Positions 51,619-60,955 of a stretch of 64,000 bases of DNA are shown piece by piece; the stretch's first letter is position 1; every line of letters begins with the position of its first letter. Both the position numbers and the translations under genes were made by a program. The DNA is from Parcubacteria group bacterium M10-OD1-1. GTDB taxonomy: Bacteria; Patescibacteriota; Minisyncoccia; Moranbacterales; UBA2206. The notes beneath the pieces were generated by a model that was not told the origin of the DNA, did no database searches, and saw only the letters and a program-made list of their open reading frames with translations. Location of the stretch: assembly GCA_003056145.1 (NCBI GenBank), contig LSNL01000002.1, positions 36,369 through 100,368 of the forward strand. The letters are read 5' to 3'.

Positions 51619-53366
51619 CTCAAATAGACTTATCAAATTTCTACTTTTGTAGATTACATCTCCTATTACAATTATATCGTTCTCAAATAGACTTATCAAA
51701 TTTCTACTTTTGTAGATATGCGTTTTTTAAGATTTTTAATAATTGCTCAAATAGACTTATCAAATTTCTACTTTTGTAGATATTTTTGCTCCTCTACCAT
51801 TTTTCCTCTCAAATAGACTTATCAAATTTCTACTTTTGTAGATCTAATTTACCACCTTGTTGGGTTTCAACTCAAATAGACTTATCAAATTTCTACTTTT
51901 GTAGATTCTTTATCGCCAATTCTATGCGGCTTCTCAAATAGACTTATCAAATTTCTACTTTTGTAGATCAATAACTAAATAAAAGTTTTTGGGTGAACTC
52001 AAATAGACTTATCAAATTTCTACTTTTGTAGATTTCTAACATAAAATATGACTGTAAATCTCTCAAATAGACTTATCAAATTTCTACTTTTGTAGATTGA
52101 AGACTTGGAGTAAATCTAAAATAGACTCAAATAGACTTATCAAATTTCTACTTTTGTAGATCTAGATACTTGTTTGGCTAATGTAGCTCCTACACTCAAA
52201 TAGACTTATCAAATTTCTACTTTTGTAGATGAGTTGCTCAAAAGTATATTTTAGAGATAGATCTCAAATAGACTTATCAAATTTCTACTTTTGTAGATGT
52301 TATAGCGTTCATTTTACCAGCAAAGCTCAAATAGACTTATCAAATTTCTACTTTTGTAGATTTTGCTTAATCCCAACCCAGATGCCCCTCAAATAGACTT
52401 ATCAAATTTCTACTTTTGTAGATAGGGGTGTAGGCTTTCCTCCTGGCTTGGACCTCAAATAGACTTATCAAATTTCTACTTTTGTAGATCCTCGTGCACA
52501 TCTTTGCGTACTACTACCTCAAATAGACTTATCAAATTTCTACTTTTGTAGATTTCTATCGTGCAGGAGTTAAAAGTATTGCTCAAATAGACTTATCAAA
52601 TTTCTACTTTTGTAGATGATGATTTAAGAAATAATAATAAATACTCAAATAGACTTATCAAATTTCTACTTTTGTAGATATTGTTCCCGTGATTACATCC
52701 ACTGATGGCTCAAATAGACTTATCAAATTTCTACTTTTGTAGATTCTACCCTTGGCTATATCAACCATTCTCAAATAGACTTATCAAATTTCTACTTTTG
52801 TAGATCTCGCCTAGCCAGCGAATAGCTAATACTCAAATAGACTTATCAAATTTCTACTTTTGTAGATGTAGTGAAGAAAATAACTTAATTTTAGACTCAA
52901 ATAGACTTATCAAATTTCTACTTTTGTAGATAAGGACCCATTAGGCAAACGGTAAGCGTCCTCAAATAGACTTATCAAATTTCTACTTTTGTAGATGGCG
53001 TGACAGACAATGCAACATCCATACTCAAATAGACTTATCAAATTTCTACTTTTGTAGATGTAGAATTGTCTGTATTAAATAACCTAGAACTCAAATAGAC
53101 TTATCAAATTTCTACTTTTGTAGATAGTCCAGAGGTCTTCAGTGTCTACATACTCAAATAGACTTATCAAATTTCTACTTTTGTAGATTCATTGCCACTC
53201 TTATCCGGTGATCACTCAAATAGACTTATCAAATTTCTACTTTTGTAGATACCGCCTATCAGCGATATTACTCTCCTCAAATAGACTTATCAAATTTCTA
53301 CTTTTGTAGATAAGTGGAAATTAAAAACCCAATTAAAGCTCAAATAGACTTATCAAATTTCTACTT
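51619..53366 (+). CRISPR. CRISPR array: 28 repeats (27 full plus 1 degenerate terminal) of 36 nt, CTCAAATAGACTTATCAAATTTCTACTTTTGTAGAT, and 27 spacers of 25-33 nt
   Basis: Repeats start at 51619, 51682, 51746, 51808, 51871 and so on, through 53276. The last repeat (53339-53366) diverges after CTACTT. The repeat 3' half AATTTCTACTTTTGTAGAT is the Cas12a crRNA 5'-handle, with stem TCTAC/GTAGA and loop TTTT. The array is oriented on the + strand: leader on the cas-proximal side, degenerate repeat distal. Confidence 0.97.
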
Positions 53367-53610
53367 GGGAGCATTTTTTTCATTTGCGTTGTTCTTCTGC
53401 AGCTGAACCATCAATGCGAGAAGTAACAATTCCCCTTAGTGAGGAATTTTGTAAAAAATTTCCTCAACATTCATTTAATAGGCGGATGCCAGAGGGTTGG
53501 ATTTTAGAAAAATAGAAAAAATTTAGATTTGAGAATAGTAATAAAGCTATTGTTTGTAACCAAACAATAGCTTTTAAAATTGGTATAAGTGTGATAAAAT
53601 TTAATTAGTA

Positions 53611-54591
53611 ATGAAAGTAAAAATAGAGAGAAAAAATAAAGAATTAGTAGGAAATAAAAACTTTATGATAAATATTCAAGAAAATATTTCTTTGGTTCCG
53701 TATACTACCTTTAGAATTGGCGGATTAGCGAAATTTTTTTGTGAAGTTAAAAATCAAGAAGAACTTAAAGAGGCACTTGATTTCGCTGAAAAAAACAAGG
53801 TTGTAGTTTTTCTATTGGGTAAGGGCAGTAATATATTATTTAGTGATGATGGTTTTGCTGGTTTGGTAATTAAGCTTATTAAGGGAGCTTGCCAAATATC
53901 AGGAACAAATATGAAATGTGGAGCTGGAATGTCGTTAGCAAAAGTGGTGATTTTAGCAATGAAAACTTCTTTAACTGGTTTAGAATGGGCGGCTGGAATT
54001 CCAGGTACAATCGGTGGAGCAGTGAGAGGAAATGCTGGCGCATATGGTTCGGAAATGAAAAATATCGTGCAAGCAGTCAAGGTCTTTGATATTAAAGAAA
54101 AGCAAGTAAGAATCTATAATTCAGTCGAATGCGAATTTGAATATCGTTGTAGTCTTTTTAAAAAAAATAAAAATCTAATTATTCTATCGGTTACTTTGGA
54201 ATTACAAAAAGGAGAAACTGAGCAAATTAGCCAAAAAATACAAACTATAGTTAAAAAAAGAAAAGATACTTTACCAAAAGAAAGAAGTGCGGGTAGTTTT
54301 TTTAAAAATCCAATAACTAATAATAAAAAATTAATCAAACAATTTGAAGAAGAAAAAAAAGTGAAAATACGAGATGATAAAATTCCTGCTGCTTGGTTAA
54401 TTGAAGAGGCTGGACTGAGAGGAAAAAAAATTGGTGGAGCACAGGTTGATAAAAAGCATAGTAATTTTATTGTTAATACAGGACAAGCAACTGCTCAGGA
54501 TGTTATTATTCTAGCTAGTGTAATTAAACAAAAAGTAAGAGAAAAATTGAGCATTCAGTTGCGAGAAGAGATTCAATATGTAGGATTTTAA
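53611..54591 (+). CDS. murB: UDP-N-acetylenolpyruvoylglucosamine reductase
   Basis: LVPYTTFRIGGLAKFF, GKGSNILFSD, and GAGMSLAKVV FAD-binding motifs. An alternative start at 53662 (MINIQ) is possible. Confidence 0.85.
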   Translation: MKVKIERKNKELVGNKNFMINIQENISLVPYTTFRIGGLAKFFCEVKNQEELKEALDFAEKNKVVVFLLGKGSNILFSDDGFAGLVIKLIKGACQISGTNMKCGAGMSLAKVVILAMKTSLTGLEWAAGIPGTIGGAVRGNAGAYGSEMKNIVQAVKVFDIKEKQVRIYNSVECEFEYRCSLFKKNKNLIILSVTLELQKGETEQISQKIQTIVKKRKDTLPKERSAGSFFKNPITNNKKLIKQFEEEKKVKIRDDKIPAAWLIEEAGLRGKKIGGAQVDKKHSNFIVNTGQATAQDVIILASVIKQKVREKLSIQLREEIQYVGF

Positions 54592-54621
54592 AAAATTAAT
54601 TAATAATTAATATTCAACAAT

Positions 54622-55014
54622 ATGTCTGAAGAAAAAATTCTTAATTTACGCTTATTTTGTAAAAATGTAGAGTTAGATGACCAAACTAAGGATTATATTA
54701 TTAAAAGAATTCAGAAGATGGAAAAATTTTTGCAAAAAACCTTAGAATATGAAGTAGAGGTTTCAGTTGATAAAAAAGGAAAATTTTATGGAGAAATTAT
54801 GATTCAAACTCCACATAAATTATATCGTTCGTCCAATACCTCGGAAAGTATAGAAGGGTCTATTGATATGGCGGTTGCAGAAATGCAAAGGCAGATAGTT
54901 TCTGACAGAGATAAATTTCGCGAACTTCAAGAAAGAGGTGCTAGATCAATTAAAAAGAAAATGGTTTTATCAGAAGAGGCTAGATTTAAAAAATCTTCTT
55001 TAACTAATAGCTAG
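54622..55014 (+). CDS. hpf: Ribosome hibernation promoting factor (HPF/RaiA family)
   Basis: About 100-aa S30AE-family pattern (NVELDDQTKDYIIKRIQKMEKF...) with a short C-terminal extension. Confidence 0.65.
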   Translation: MSEEKILNLRLFCKNVELDDQTKDYIIKRIQKMEKFLQKTLEYEVEVSVDKKGKFYGEIMIQTPHKLYRSSNTSESIEGSIDMAVAEMQRQIVSDRDKFRELQERGARSIKKKMVLSEEARFKKSSLTNS

Positions 55015-55074
55015 TAACCATAGGATTATGTTATAATAAAGTTAAAAGTTAGTGTAAAAAATAATTAGAAAAAT

Positions 55075-55653
55075 ATGAATAAAAAAATAAAGATTTTAGT
55101 TGTAGACGATGATGATTTAATGAGAGAAACTTACGTTGAAGTTTTTAAACAAAAAAGTTTTGAAGTTATTGAGGCTATTGATGGATTGGAAGGCTTAGAT
55201 AAAGCTACTCAAGAAATTCCGGATGTTATTTTTACTGGAATTATGATGCCTAAGATGGACGGGTTCAGCTTGAAAGAGGCTTTAGCAAAAAATGTTGTTA
55301 CTGCTAGTATTCCAGTAGTGATGTCTTCCCATATGGGCAGAGAGGAAGACCGAGAACGAGCTAATCAACTAGGAGTTAAAGAGTTTATTGTTAAAGGAAT
55401 GATTACTCCTAATCAAGTAGTAACCAAAATAAAAAATTTATTTTCAGCGGGAGAATATAAAATTAAATTTTATACAGAAGATTTAGATGCTCAAAGATTA
55501 TCAGAAGATTTAGGATTAAGTTCTAATTTTGGGTGTCCTCAATGTTCTCAAGAAATGGTTTTAGCTCTTAACATTGAAAATAAGGAAAAACATCAATTTT
55601 CAGCTCAGCTAATTTGTCCTAATTGTGATAATAATAATTCAGAAAAAAACTAA
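55075..55653 (+). CDS. Atypical response-regulator receiver domain protein with C-terminal zinc-ribbon
   Basis: KILVVDDDDLMRE acidic pocket and a conserved Lys (FIVKG). The phospho-acceptor position aligns to Gly (DVIFTGIMMPKMDG versus the canonical D-x4-D-x-x-MP-x-MDG). C-terminal CPQC...CPNC. Confidence 0.6.
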   Translation: MNKKIKILVVDDDDLMRETYVEVFKQKSFEVIEAIDGLEGLDKATQEIPDVIFTGIMMPKMDGFSLKEALAKNVVTASIPVVMSSHMGREEDRERANQLGVKEFIVKGMITPNQVVTKIKNLFSAGEYKIKFYTEDLDAQRLSEDLGLSSNFGCPQCSQEMVLALNIENKEKHQFSAQLICPNCDNNNSEKN

Positions 55654-55686
55654 AATTTTAGTAATTGATTAAAATTAAAACGAGGT

Positions 55687-55715
55687 TTTTGACCTCGTTT
55701 TAATTTAAAAACTAT
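55687..55715 (+). terminator. Putative rho-independent terminator
   Basis: AAAACGAGGT / ACCTCGTTTT inverted repeat followed by an A/T-rich tail. Confidence 0.35.
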
Positions 55716-57435
55716 GGAAAAAATTTGGAGAATAAAAAAGAATCCAGAAATAGTAGCTAATGATTTAAAAGAAAAATATAATTTTATAATTTTAAAATTA
55801 TTGGCACTTCGAGGATTGAAAAAAAAATCTGAGATTGATCAATATTTTAATTTTGATTACAATCAAAATTTAAGTGATCCTTTCTTAGTAACTGATATGG
55901 ATAAAGTAGTGCTGAGGATTATTAAGGCTCAAAAAGAAGAAGAAAAAATTGCTATTTTTGGTGATTATGATGCTGACGGAGTAACTGCCTCGGCGGTTTT
56001 ATATGAAACTTTTCGACAATTAGGTTTAGAGAACATTATTTGCTATATTCCTGATCGCCAAACGGAAGGCTACGGAATTAACAAAAAAGCTTTAGCTTAT
56101 TTAGCTAAAGAAAAAACTAATTTAATTATTACTGTTGATTGTGGAATAACTAATTATGAAGAAATAGAAGAAGCGAAAAAATTAGGAATAGATGTTATTA
56201 TTACTGATCATCACAATATTCCTGAAAAAATTCCAGAAGCTTACGCTGTTATTAACCCTAACTTAGCTAATACTGGTTTTGCGTGGAATAATTTAGCTGG
56301 AGTAGGAGTAGCTTTTAAAGTAGCTCAAGCTCTTTTTCAAAAAATTATTCCTCAAAAAAAAGAACAACTAAAATGGCTTTTAGATATTGTAGCAATTGGA
56401 ACTATTGCTGACTGTGTTCCTTTAATTGGCGAAAACAGAATTTTAGCGAAATATGGCTTAATTGTTATTTCTAAGACTCGGAGGACTGGATTACTAGAAC
56501 TATTTAAAGTTGGTAGGATTATGATTAGTGATAATAAAATTCCTAGCGCTCATCAAGTAGCTTTCCAAATTGCTCCTCGGATTAATGCAGCTGGAAGAAT
56601 GGATCATGCCAACATTGCCTTTGATTTGTTAACGGAAGAAGACCCTGTTTTAGCCAGAGGAATGGCTTTAGAAGTGGAAGAAAAAAATAAAAATAGACAA
56701 AAAATAACAGCGGAGATATTTAAAGAAATTCAAATAATAGCTAAAAATTTTTTTCAAGAGAAAAAATTTATTTATGCTTCTAACTCGCATTGGCCAGTAG
56801 GAATTTTAGGTTTAGTAGCTGGGAGAATAACGGATGAATTTAAGCGGCCAACTATTGTTTTACAAGAACAAGAAAATGAATATGTTGGTTCTTTGCGAAG
56901 TATCCCAGAGGTTAATATAATGAAAATATTAAAAGATTGTCAAGATTTATTACAAAAATTTGGTGGTCATTCACAAGCGGCTGGGGTTACTATTACTAAA
57001 AAAAATATTGAGAAATTTTATGCTAAGATGTCTTCATTAGTAGAAAAAGAGTTAGCAGAGAAAAAAATAGCACCCATTTTAGAAGTTGATTTAGAAATAT
57101 CAACTCAAGAAATAAGTTGGGATTTAGTAATGGAGTTAAAAAAAATGGAGCCTTTTGGTATTGGTAATCAAGAGCCAATTTTTTCTACTCGTTCATTGAT
57201 TATTAGTGAATGCAAAATAGTTGGTAATGGAAGTAAACATTGGAAATTAGTTCTAAAAGATGAGCAAGGCGGTTCTCAACTTTTTGAGGCGATTGGTTTT
57301 TCTTTAGTTAATAAATTTCCAAATCTTAAAAAAGATGATAAGATAGATATAGTTTTCAATATCCAGGAAGATGAATGGAATGGAAATAAAAAGATTCAAT
57401 TAAATTTAATTGATTTAAAAATAAAAACTAGTTAA
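55714..57435 (+). CDS. recJ: Single-stranded-DNA-specific exonuclease RecJ
   Basis: DHH motifs IAIFGDYDADGVTASAVL and ITDHHN, plus the DHHA1 GGHSQAAG. Confidence 0.85.
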   Translation: MEKIWRIKKNPEIVANDLKEKYNFIILKLLALRGLKKKSEIDQYFNFDYNQNLSDPFLVTDMDKVVLRIIKAQKEEEKIAIFGDYDADGVTASAVLYETFRQLGLENIICYIPDRQTEGYGINKKALAYLAKEKTNLIITVDCGITNYEEIEEAKKLGIDVIITDHHNIPEKIPEAYAVINPNLANTGFAWNNLAGVGVAFKVAQALFQKIIPQKKEQLKWLLDIVAIGTIADCVPLIGENRILAKYGLIVISKTRRTGLLELFKVGRIMISDNKIPSAHQVAFQIAPRINAAGRMDHANIAFDLLTEEDPVLARGMALEVEEKNKNRQKITAEIFKEIQIIAKNFFQEKKFIYASNSHWPVGILGLVAGRITDEFKRPTIVLQEQENEYVGSLRSIPEVNIMKILKDCQDLLQKFGGHSQAAGVTITKKNIEKFYAKMSSLVEKELAEKKIAPILEVDLEISTQEISWDLVMELKKMEPFGIGNQEPIFSTRSLIISECKIVGNGSKHWKLVLKDEQGGSQLFEAIGFSLVNKFPNLKKDDKIDIVFNIQEDEWNGNKKIQLNLIDLKIKTS

Positions 57436-57445
57436 AAAAGAGTGA

Positions 57446-57880
57446 ATGGATAAAATAATTATGTATACTGATGGAGGAGCGAGAAATAATCCAGGACCAG
57501 CTGGCGTTGGTGTTTGGGTGGAAACATTAAACAAAAAATATAAAGAATATATTGGAGAAAAAACTAATAATGAAGCTGAATATGAAGCCTTAATCTTTGG
57601 CTTAAAAAAACTGAAACAACTATTAGGTAAAGAAAAACTAAAACAATCAAAAATAGCATGTTATTTAGATAGCGAATTAGTAGTTAAACAATTGAATCAT
57701 ATCTACAAATTAAGAGAGAAACACATTCAAGAAAAATTTATTGAAATTTGGAATTTGACATTAGATTTCAAGAAGGTTAGCTTTCAACATATTCCTAGAG
57801 AAAAAAATAAAATTGCTGATAGGTTAGTCAATGAAGCGTTGGATGAAAAAGAAAAACAAAAAAACCTTTTTGATATTTAA
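57446..57880 (+). CDS. rnhA: Ribonuclease HI
   Basis: YTDGGARNNPGPAGVGV, EAEYEALIFGL, and C-terminal D...N catalytic residues. Confidence 0.8.
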   Translation: MDKIIMYTDGGARNNPGPAGVGVWVETLNKKYKEYIGEKTNNEAEYEALIFGLKKLKQLLGKEKLKQSKIACYLDSELVVKQLNHIYKLREKHIQEKFIEIWNLTLDFKKVSFQHIPREKNKIADRLVNEALDEKEKQKNLFDI

Positions 57881-57929
57881 GGTTTGTATTTTTCAAAAAT
57901 AATAAAAAATCATTTAAATATAAAAAATT

Positions 57930-58928
57930 ATGTTTAAGCATAAAAAAATATTCGTCACGATTGTAGCAGTTGTTTTTGTAGTTGGAGGATTTTTTTATTT
58001 CAAAAGTAATAAACCCAAGGTTAAATATGAGACAACTCAGGCTCAAAAAGGAAATTTATTACGAACAGTTTCAGTAACAGGCGTTTTGGAGCCAGAAAAT
58101 AAAATTAATGTTTCTTTTAAAATTAATGGTCGAGCAGAACTTGTAAATTATGATATAGGAGACAAAGTCAAAGAAGGAGTGGTGTTGGCTAAAATCGACA
58201 AAGGAACACTAGGCTCTCAATTAGCACAAGCTCAAGCAACCCTAAACGCACAAAAAGAAAAATACTCTCTTATAAAAAGGCGAGATGATTTATACAAATA
58301 TGAAGAAAAACAAGCTCAAAAGGCAGAAGTAGAAAAAGCCAGAGCCGCTATTACTGCTATTAGGGAAGAAATAAATGAAACTACGCTTCGTGCTCCAATT
58401 GATGGAATAATTATAAGAAAGAATATTGAGAAAGGAGAGAACGCTATTGCCAATAAGACTATTTTTACTATTTCTGATGAAAATGAGCCGATTATTGAAG
58501 CTGATATTCCAGAATCTGATATTGTTGATATTAAGCTTGGACAAAAAGCAGAAGTTTCTCTTGATGCTCTATCATCTAATGAGAATTTAGCGGCTGAAGT
58601 TACTGAAATTGAACCAGCTTCAACTGTTATCCAAGATGTTGTTTATTATAAGATAAAACTAAAATTTGAAAAATTTGATAATCGTCTTAAAATTGGTATG
58701 AGTGCTGATATAGATATCAATACTGCTGAAAAAGATGATGTTATTATGATTCCATGGAGAGCGGTCAAGGAAAAGGGAAATCAAAAATATGTAGAAATTC
58801 TGAAAGCAAATAATCAAGTAGAAAAAATTGATATTAAAACTGGACTCAAGGGAGATGATGGATCAGTAGAAGTTATATCTGGAATTCAAGGAGGAGAAAA
58901 TGTTGTTACACTTACTAAGTCTCTATAG
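57930..58928 (+). CDS. Efflux transporter periplasmic adaptor subunit (HlyD/MacA-like membrane fusion protein)
   Basis: N-terminal TM helix, a coiled-coil segment, and lipoyl/beta-barrel motifs (TLRAPIDGIII). Confidence 0.7.
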   Translation: MFKHKKIFVTIVAVVFVVGGFFYFKSNKPKVKYETTQAQKGNLLRTVSVTGVLEPENKINVSFKINGRAELVNYDIGDKVKEGVVLAKIDKGTLGSQLAQAQATLNAQKEKYSLIKRRDDLYKYEEKQAQKAEVEKARAAITAIREEINETTLRAPIDGIIIRKNIEKGENAIANKTIFTISDENEPIIEADIPESDIVDIKLGQKAEVSLDALSSNENLAAEVTEIEPASTVIQDVVYYKIKLKFEKFDNRLKIGMSADIDINTAEKDDVIMIPWRAVKEKGNQKYVEILKANNQVEKIDIKTGLKGDDGSVEVISGIQGGENVVTLTKSL

Positions 58929-58949
58929 AACAAAATATGAGAATATAAT

Positions 58950-59675
58950 ATGTCTAATTTAATTATTCAGACTGAAAAGATATCTAAGACTTATAATAAC
59001 GAAGGAGTTAAAACGAGAGCTTTGGTAGATATTGACCTTACTATTTATCAGGGAGAGTTTGTTTCTATTATGGGACCAAGCGGATCGGGTAAATCTACTC
59101 TGATGCAAATTTTAGGTTTTCTTGATAAGTCAACTAAGGGAGAATATTTTTTTAATGGTAAAAATATCAATACTTTTTCTTATGATGAATTAGCAAGAAT
59201 TAGAAATGAAGAAGTGGGATTTGTTTTTCAATCATTCAATCTTTTACCACGAACCTCCGTTTGGGAAAATGTGGAGTTACCTTTATTTTATAGAAAAGTA
59301 CATGAAAAAAATTCTAAAGATAAAATTTTTAAAGCTTTGCAAATGGTTGGAATGGAACACAGAAAAAAATATTTATCTAATCAGATTTCTGGAGGAGAAA
59401 AACAAAGAGTGGCTATTGCTAGAGCACTAGTAAATAATCCTGAAGTTATTTTTGCTGATGAGCCAACGGGCAATTTAGATTCAAAAACAGGAACGCAAGT
59501 TATGAAAATTTTACAAGAACTTAACAATAAAGGACATACTATAATTTTAGTTACCCATGAAACTTTTACAGCTGAACATGCCAAGAGAATTATTAATATG
59601 AAAGATGGTAGGATTATTTCTAACAAGCCAGTGATAAATAGAAGAATTGCTAGAGACGGAGAACTTTTAAAATAA
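58950..59675 (+). CDS. ABC transporter ATP-binding protein (MacB/LolD-like)
   Basis: Walker A GPSGSGKST, Q-loop, LSGGEKQRVAIARAL signature, Walker B IFADEPT. Confidence 0.9.
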   Translation: MSNLIIQTEKISKTYNNEGVKTRALVDIDLTIYQGEFVSIMGPSGSGKSTLMQILGFLDKSTKGEYFFNGKNINTFSYDELARIRNEEVGFVFQSFNLLPRTSVWENVELPLFYRKVHEKNSKDKIFKALQMVGMEHRKKYLSNQISGGEKQRVAIARALVNNPEVIFADEPTGNLDSKTGTQVMKILQELNNKGHTIILVTHETFTAEHAKRIINMKDGRIISNKPVINRRIARDGELLK

Positions 59676-59688
59676 ATCCAAAGGTATT

Positions 59689-60936
59689 ATGAATATTTTC
59701 TTTCCTATAAAAATTTCTTATAAGTATTTGTTAGCAGCGAAATTTCGTTCTTTTTTGACAATATTAGGAATAATTATTGGAGTAGCTAGTGTTATTATAA
59801 TTATGTCTATTGGACAATCAGCTCAAGCGTTAATTTTAGATCAAATTACTGGGGTGGGCTCTAATTTGATTGTAATTCTTCCCGGGGCATCTGAAAAAAA
59901 TGGACCACCTGCAGCTATGATGGGTGTCTCAATAACTACTTTGAAATACGCTGATTTAAAAGCACTTAAAAATAAAAAAAATGTTCCAGAAGTTGAAGAT
60001 GCAGCAGGGTATGTTTTAGGAACGACCTCAATTATTCATGGAGGAAATAGTATGAATGTTTCTTTTGAGGGAACAACTGCTAGCTATGTGAATGTAGAAA
60101 ATGCTGAGATTGCTAAAGGAAATTTTTTTAATCAAGATGAAGAAACTAATTTATCAAGAGTAGTAGTTTTGGGTGATTCTATAGCGAAAGAAATTTTTCA
60201 AAATACTAATCCATTAAATAAAATTTTAAAAATTAAGAATCAGAATTTTCTAGTTATTGGAGTTCTGGCAAAAAGAGGATCGAGTGGATTTGGCGTTACG
60301 AGTCAAGACGATACGATATTTGTTCCTTTAAGAACTGCGCAAAGAATGCTTTTAGGAATTAGTCATTTGGGATTTATTCGTTTAAAAGCAAAAAATGCTA
60401 ATTTAATCTCGGAAGCTGAAACGAATATTGCTACAACATTACGAGAACGACATAAAATAGATAACCCATCTAATGATGATTTTACTATTCGCGATGAAGC
60501 TTCTGCGATTAGTATTATTAAGCAAGTTACAGATATTCTTAGATATTTCCTATTAGCTATAGGGACTATTTCGCTTATAGTAGGGGGAATCGGAGTTATG
60601 AACATAATGATTATGGCAGTTAATCAAAGAATCAGAGAGATAGGACTCAGGAAGGCAGTGGGAGCGAAAAATAGCGATGTTCAGATGCAATTTTTAATAG
60701 AATCAATTTTTATATCTTTTTTAGGTGGGATTATTGGAATAATTATTGGGATTTTGGTTTCTTTTACTATTTCTAAGATTATTCAATATTTACAATATAA
60801 CTGGCCGTTTCTTATCACTTGGCAGTCAATTGTGGTCGCTAGCTTAGTATCGATTGTTATTGGAATTATCTTTGGAATTTATCCTGCCCGTAAAGCCTCT
60901 CAGATTAGTCCGATGGAGGCATTGAGATATGAATAA
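59689..60936 (+). CDS. ABC transporter permease (FtsX/MacB-type)
   Basis: N-terminal TM helix, a large periplasmic domain, and a C-terminal FtsX 3-TM bundle. Confidence 0.8.
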   Translation: MNIFFPIKISYKYLLAAKFRSFLTILGIIIGVASVIIIMSIGQSAQALILDQITGVGSNLIVILPGASEKNGPPAAMMGVSITTLKYADLKALKNKKNVPEVEDAAGYVLGTTSIIHGGNSMNVSFEGTTASYVNVENAEIAKGNFFNQDEETNLSRVVVLGDSIAKEIFQNTNPLNKILKIKNQNFLVIGVLAKRGSSGFGVTSQDDTIFVPLRTAQRMLLGISHLGFIRLKAKNANLISEAETNIATTLRERHKIDNPSNDDFTIRDEASAISIIKQVTDILRYFLLAIGTISLIVGGIGVMNIMIMAVNQRIREIGLRKAVGAKNSDVQMQFLIESIFISFLGGIIGIIIGILVSFTISKIIQYLQYNWPFLITWQSIVVASLVSIVIGIIFGIYPARKASQISPMEALRYE

Positions 60937-60955
60937 AAAATAAAAGTAAAATAAG

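Noticed and set aside
51409-51627. 72-aa ORF directly upstream of and overlapping the first CRISPR repeat.
   Set aside because: It overlaps the leader and the first repeat and has no recognisable domain. It is more plausibly the AT-rich leader/promoter region of the array.
43382-53610. Searched for cas1, cas2, cas4, a tracrRNA-like anti-repeat or a transposase near the array.
   Set aside because: No ORFs with Cas1, Cas2 or Cas4 features and no DDE/HUH transposase or integrase motifs were found. No repeat-complementary segment lies outside the array. Cas12a systems do not need a tracrRNA.
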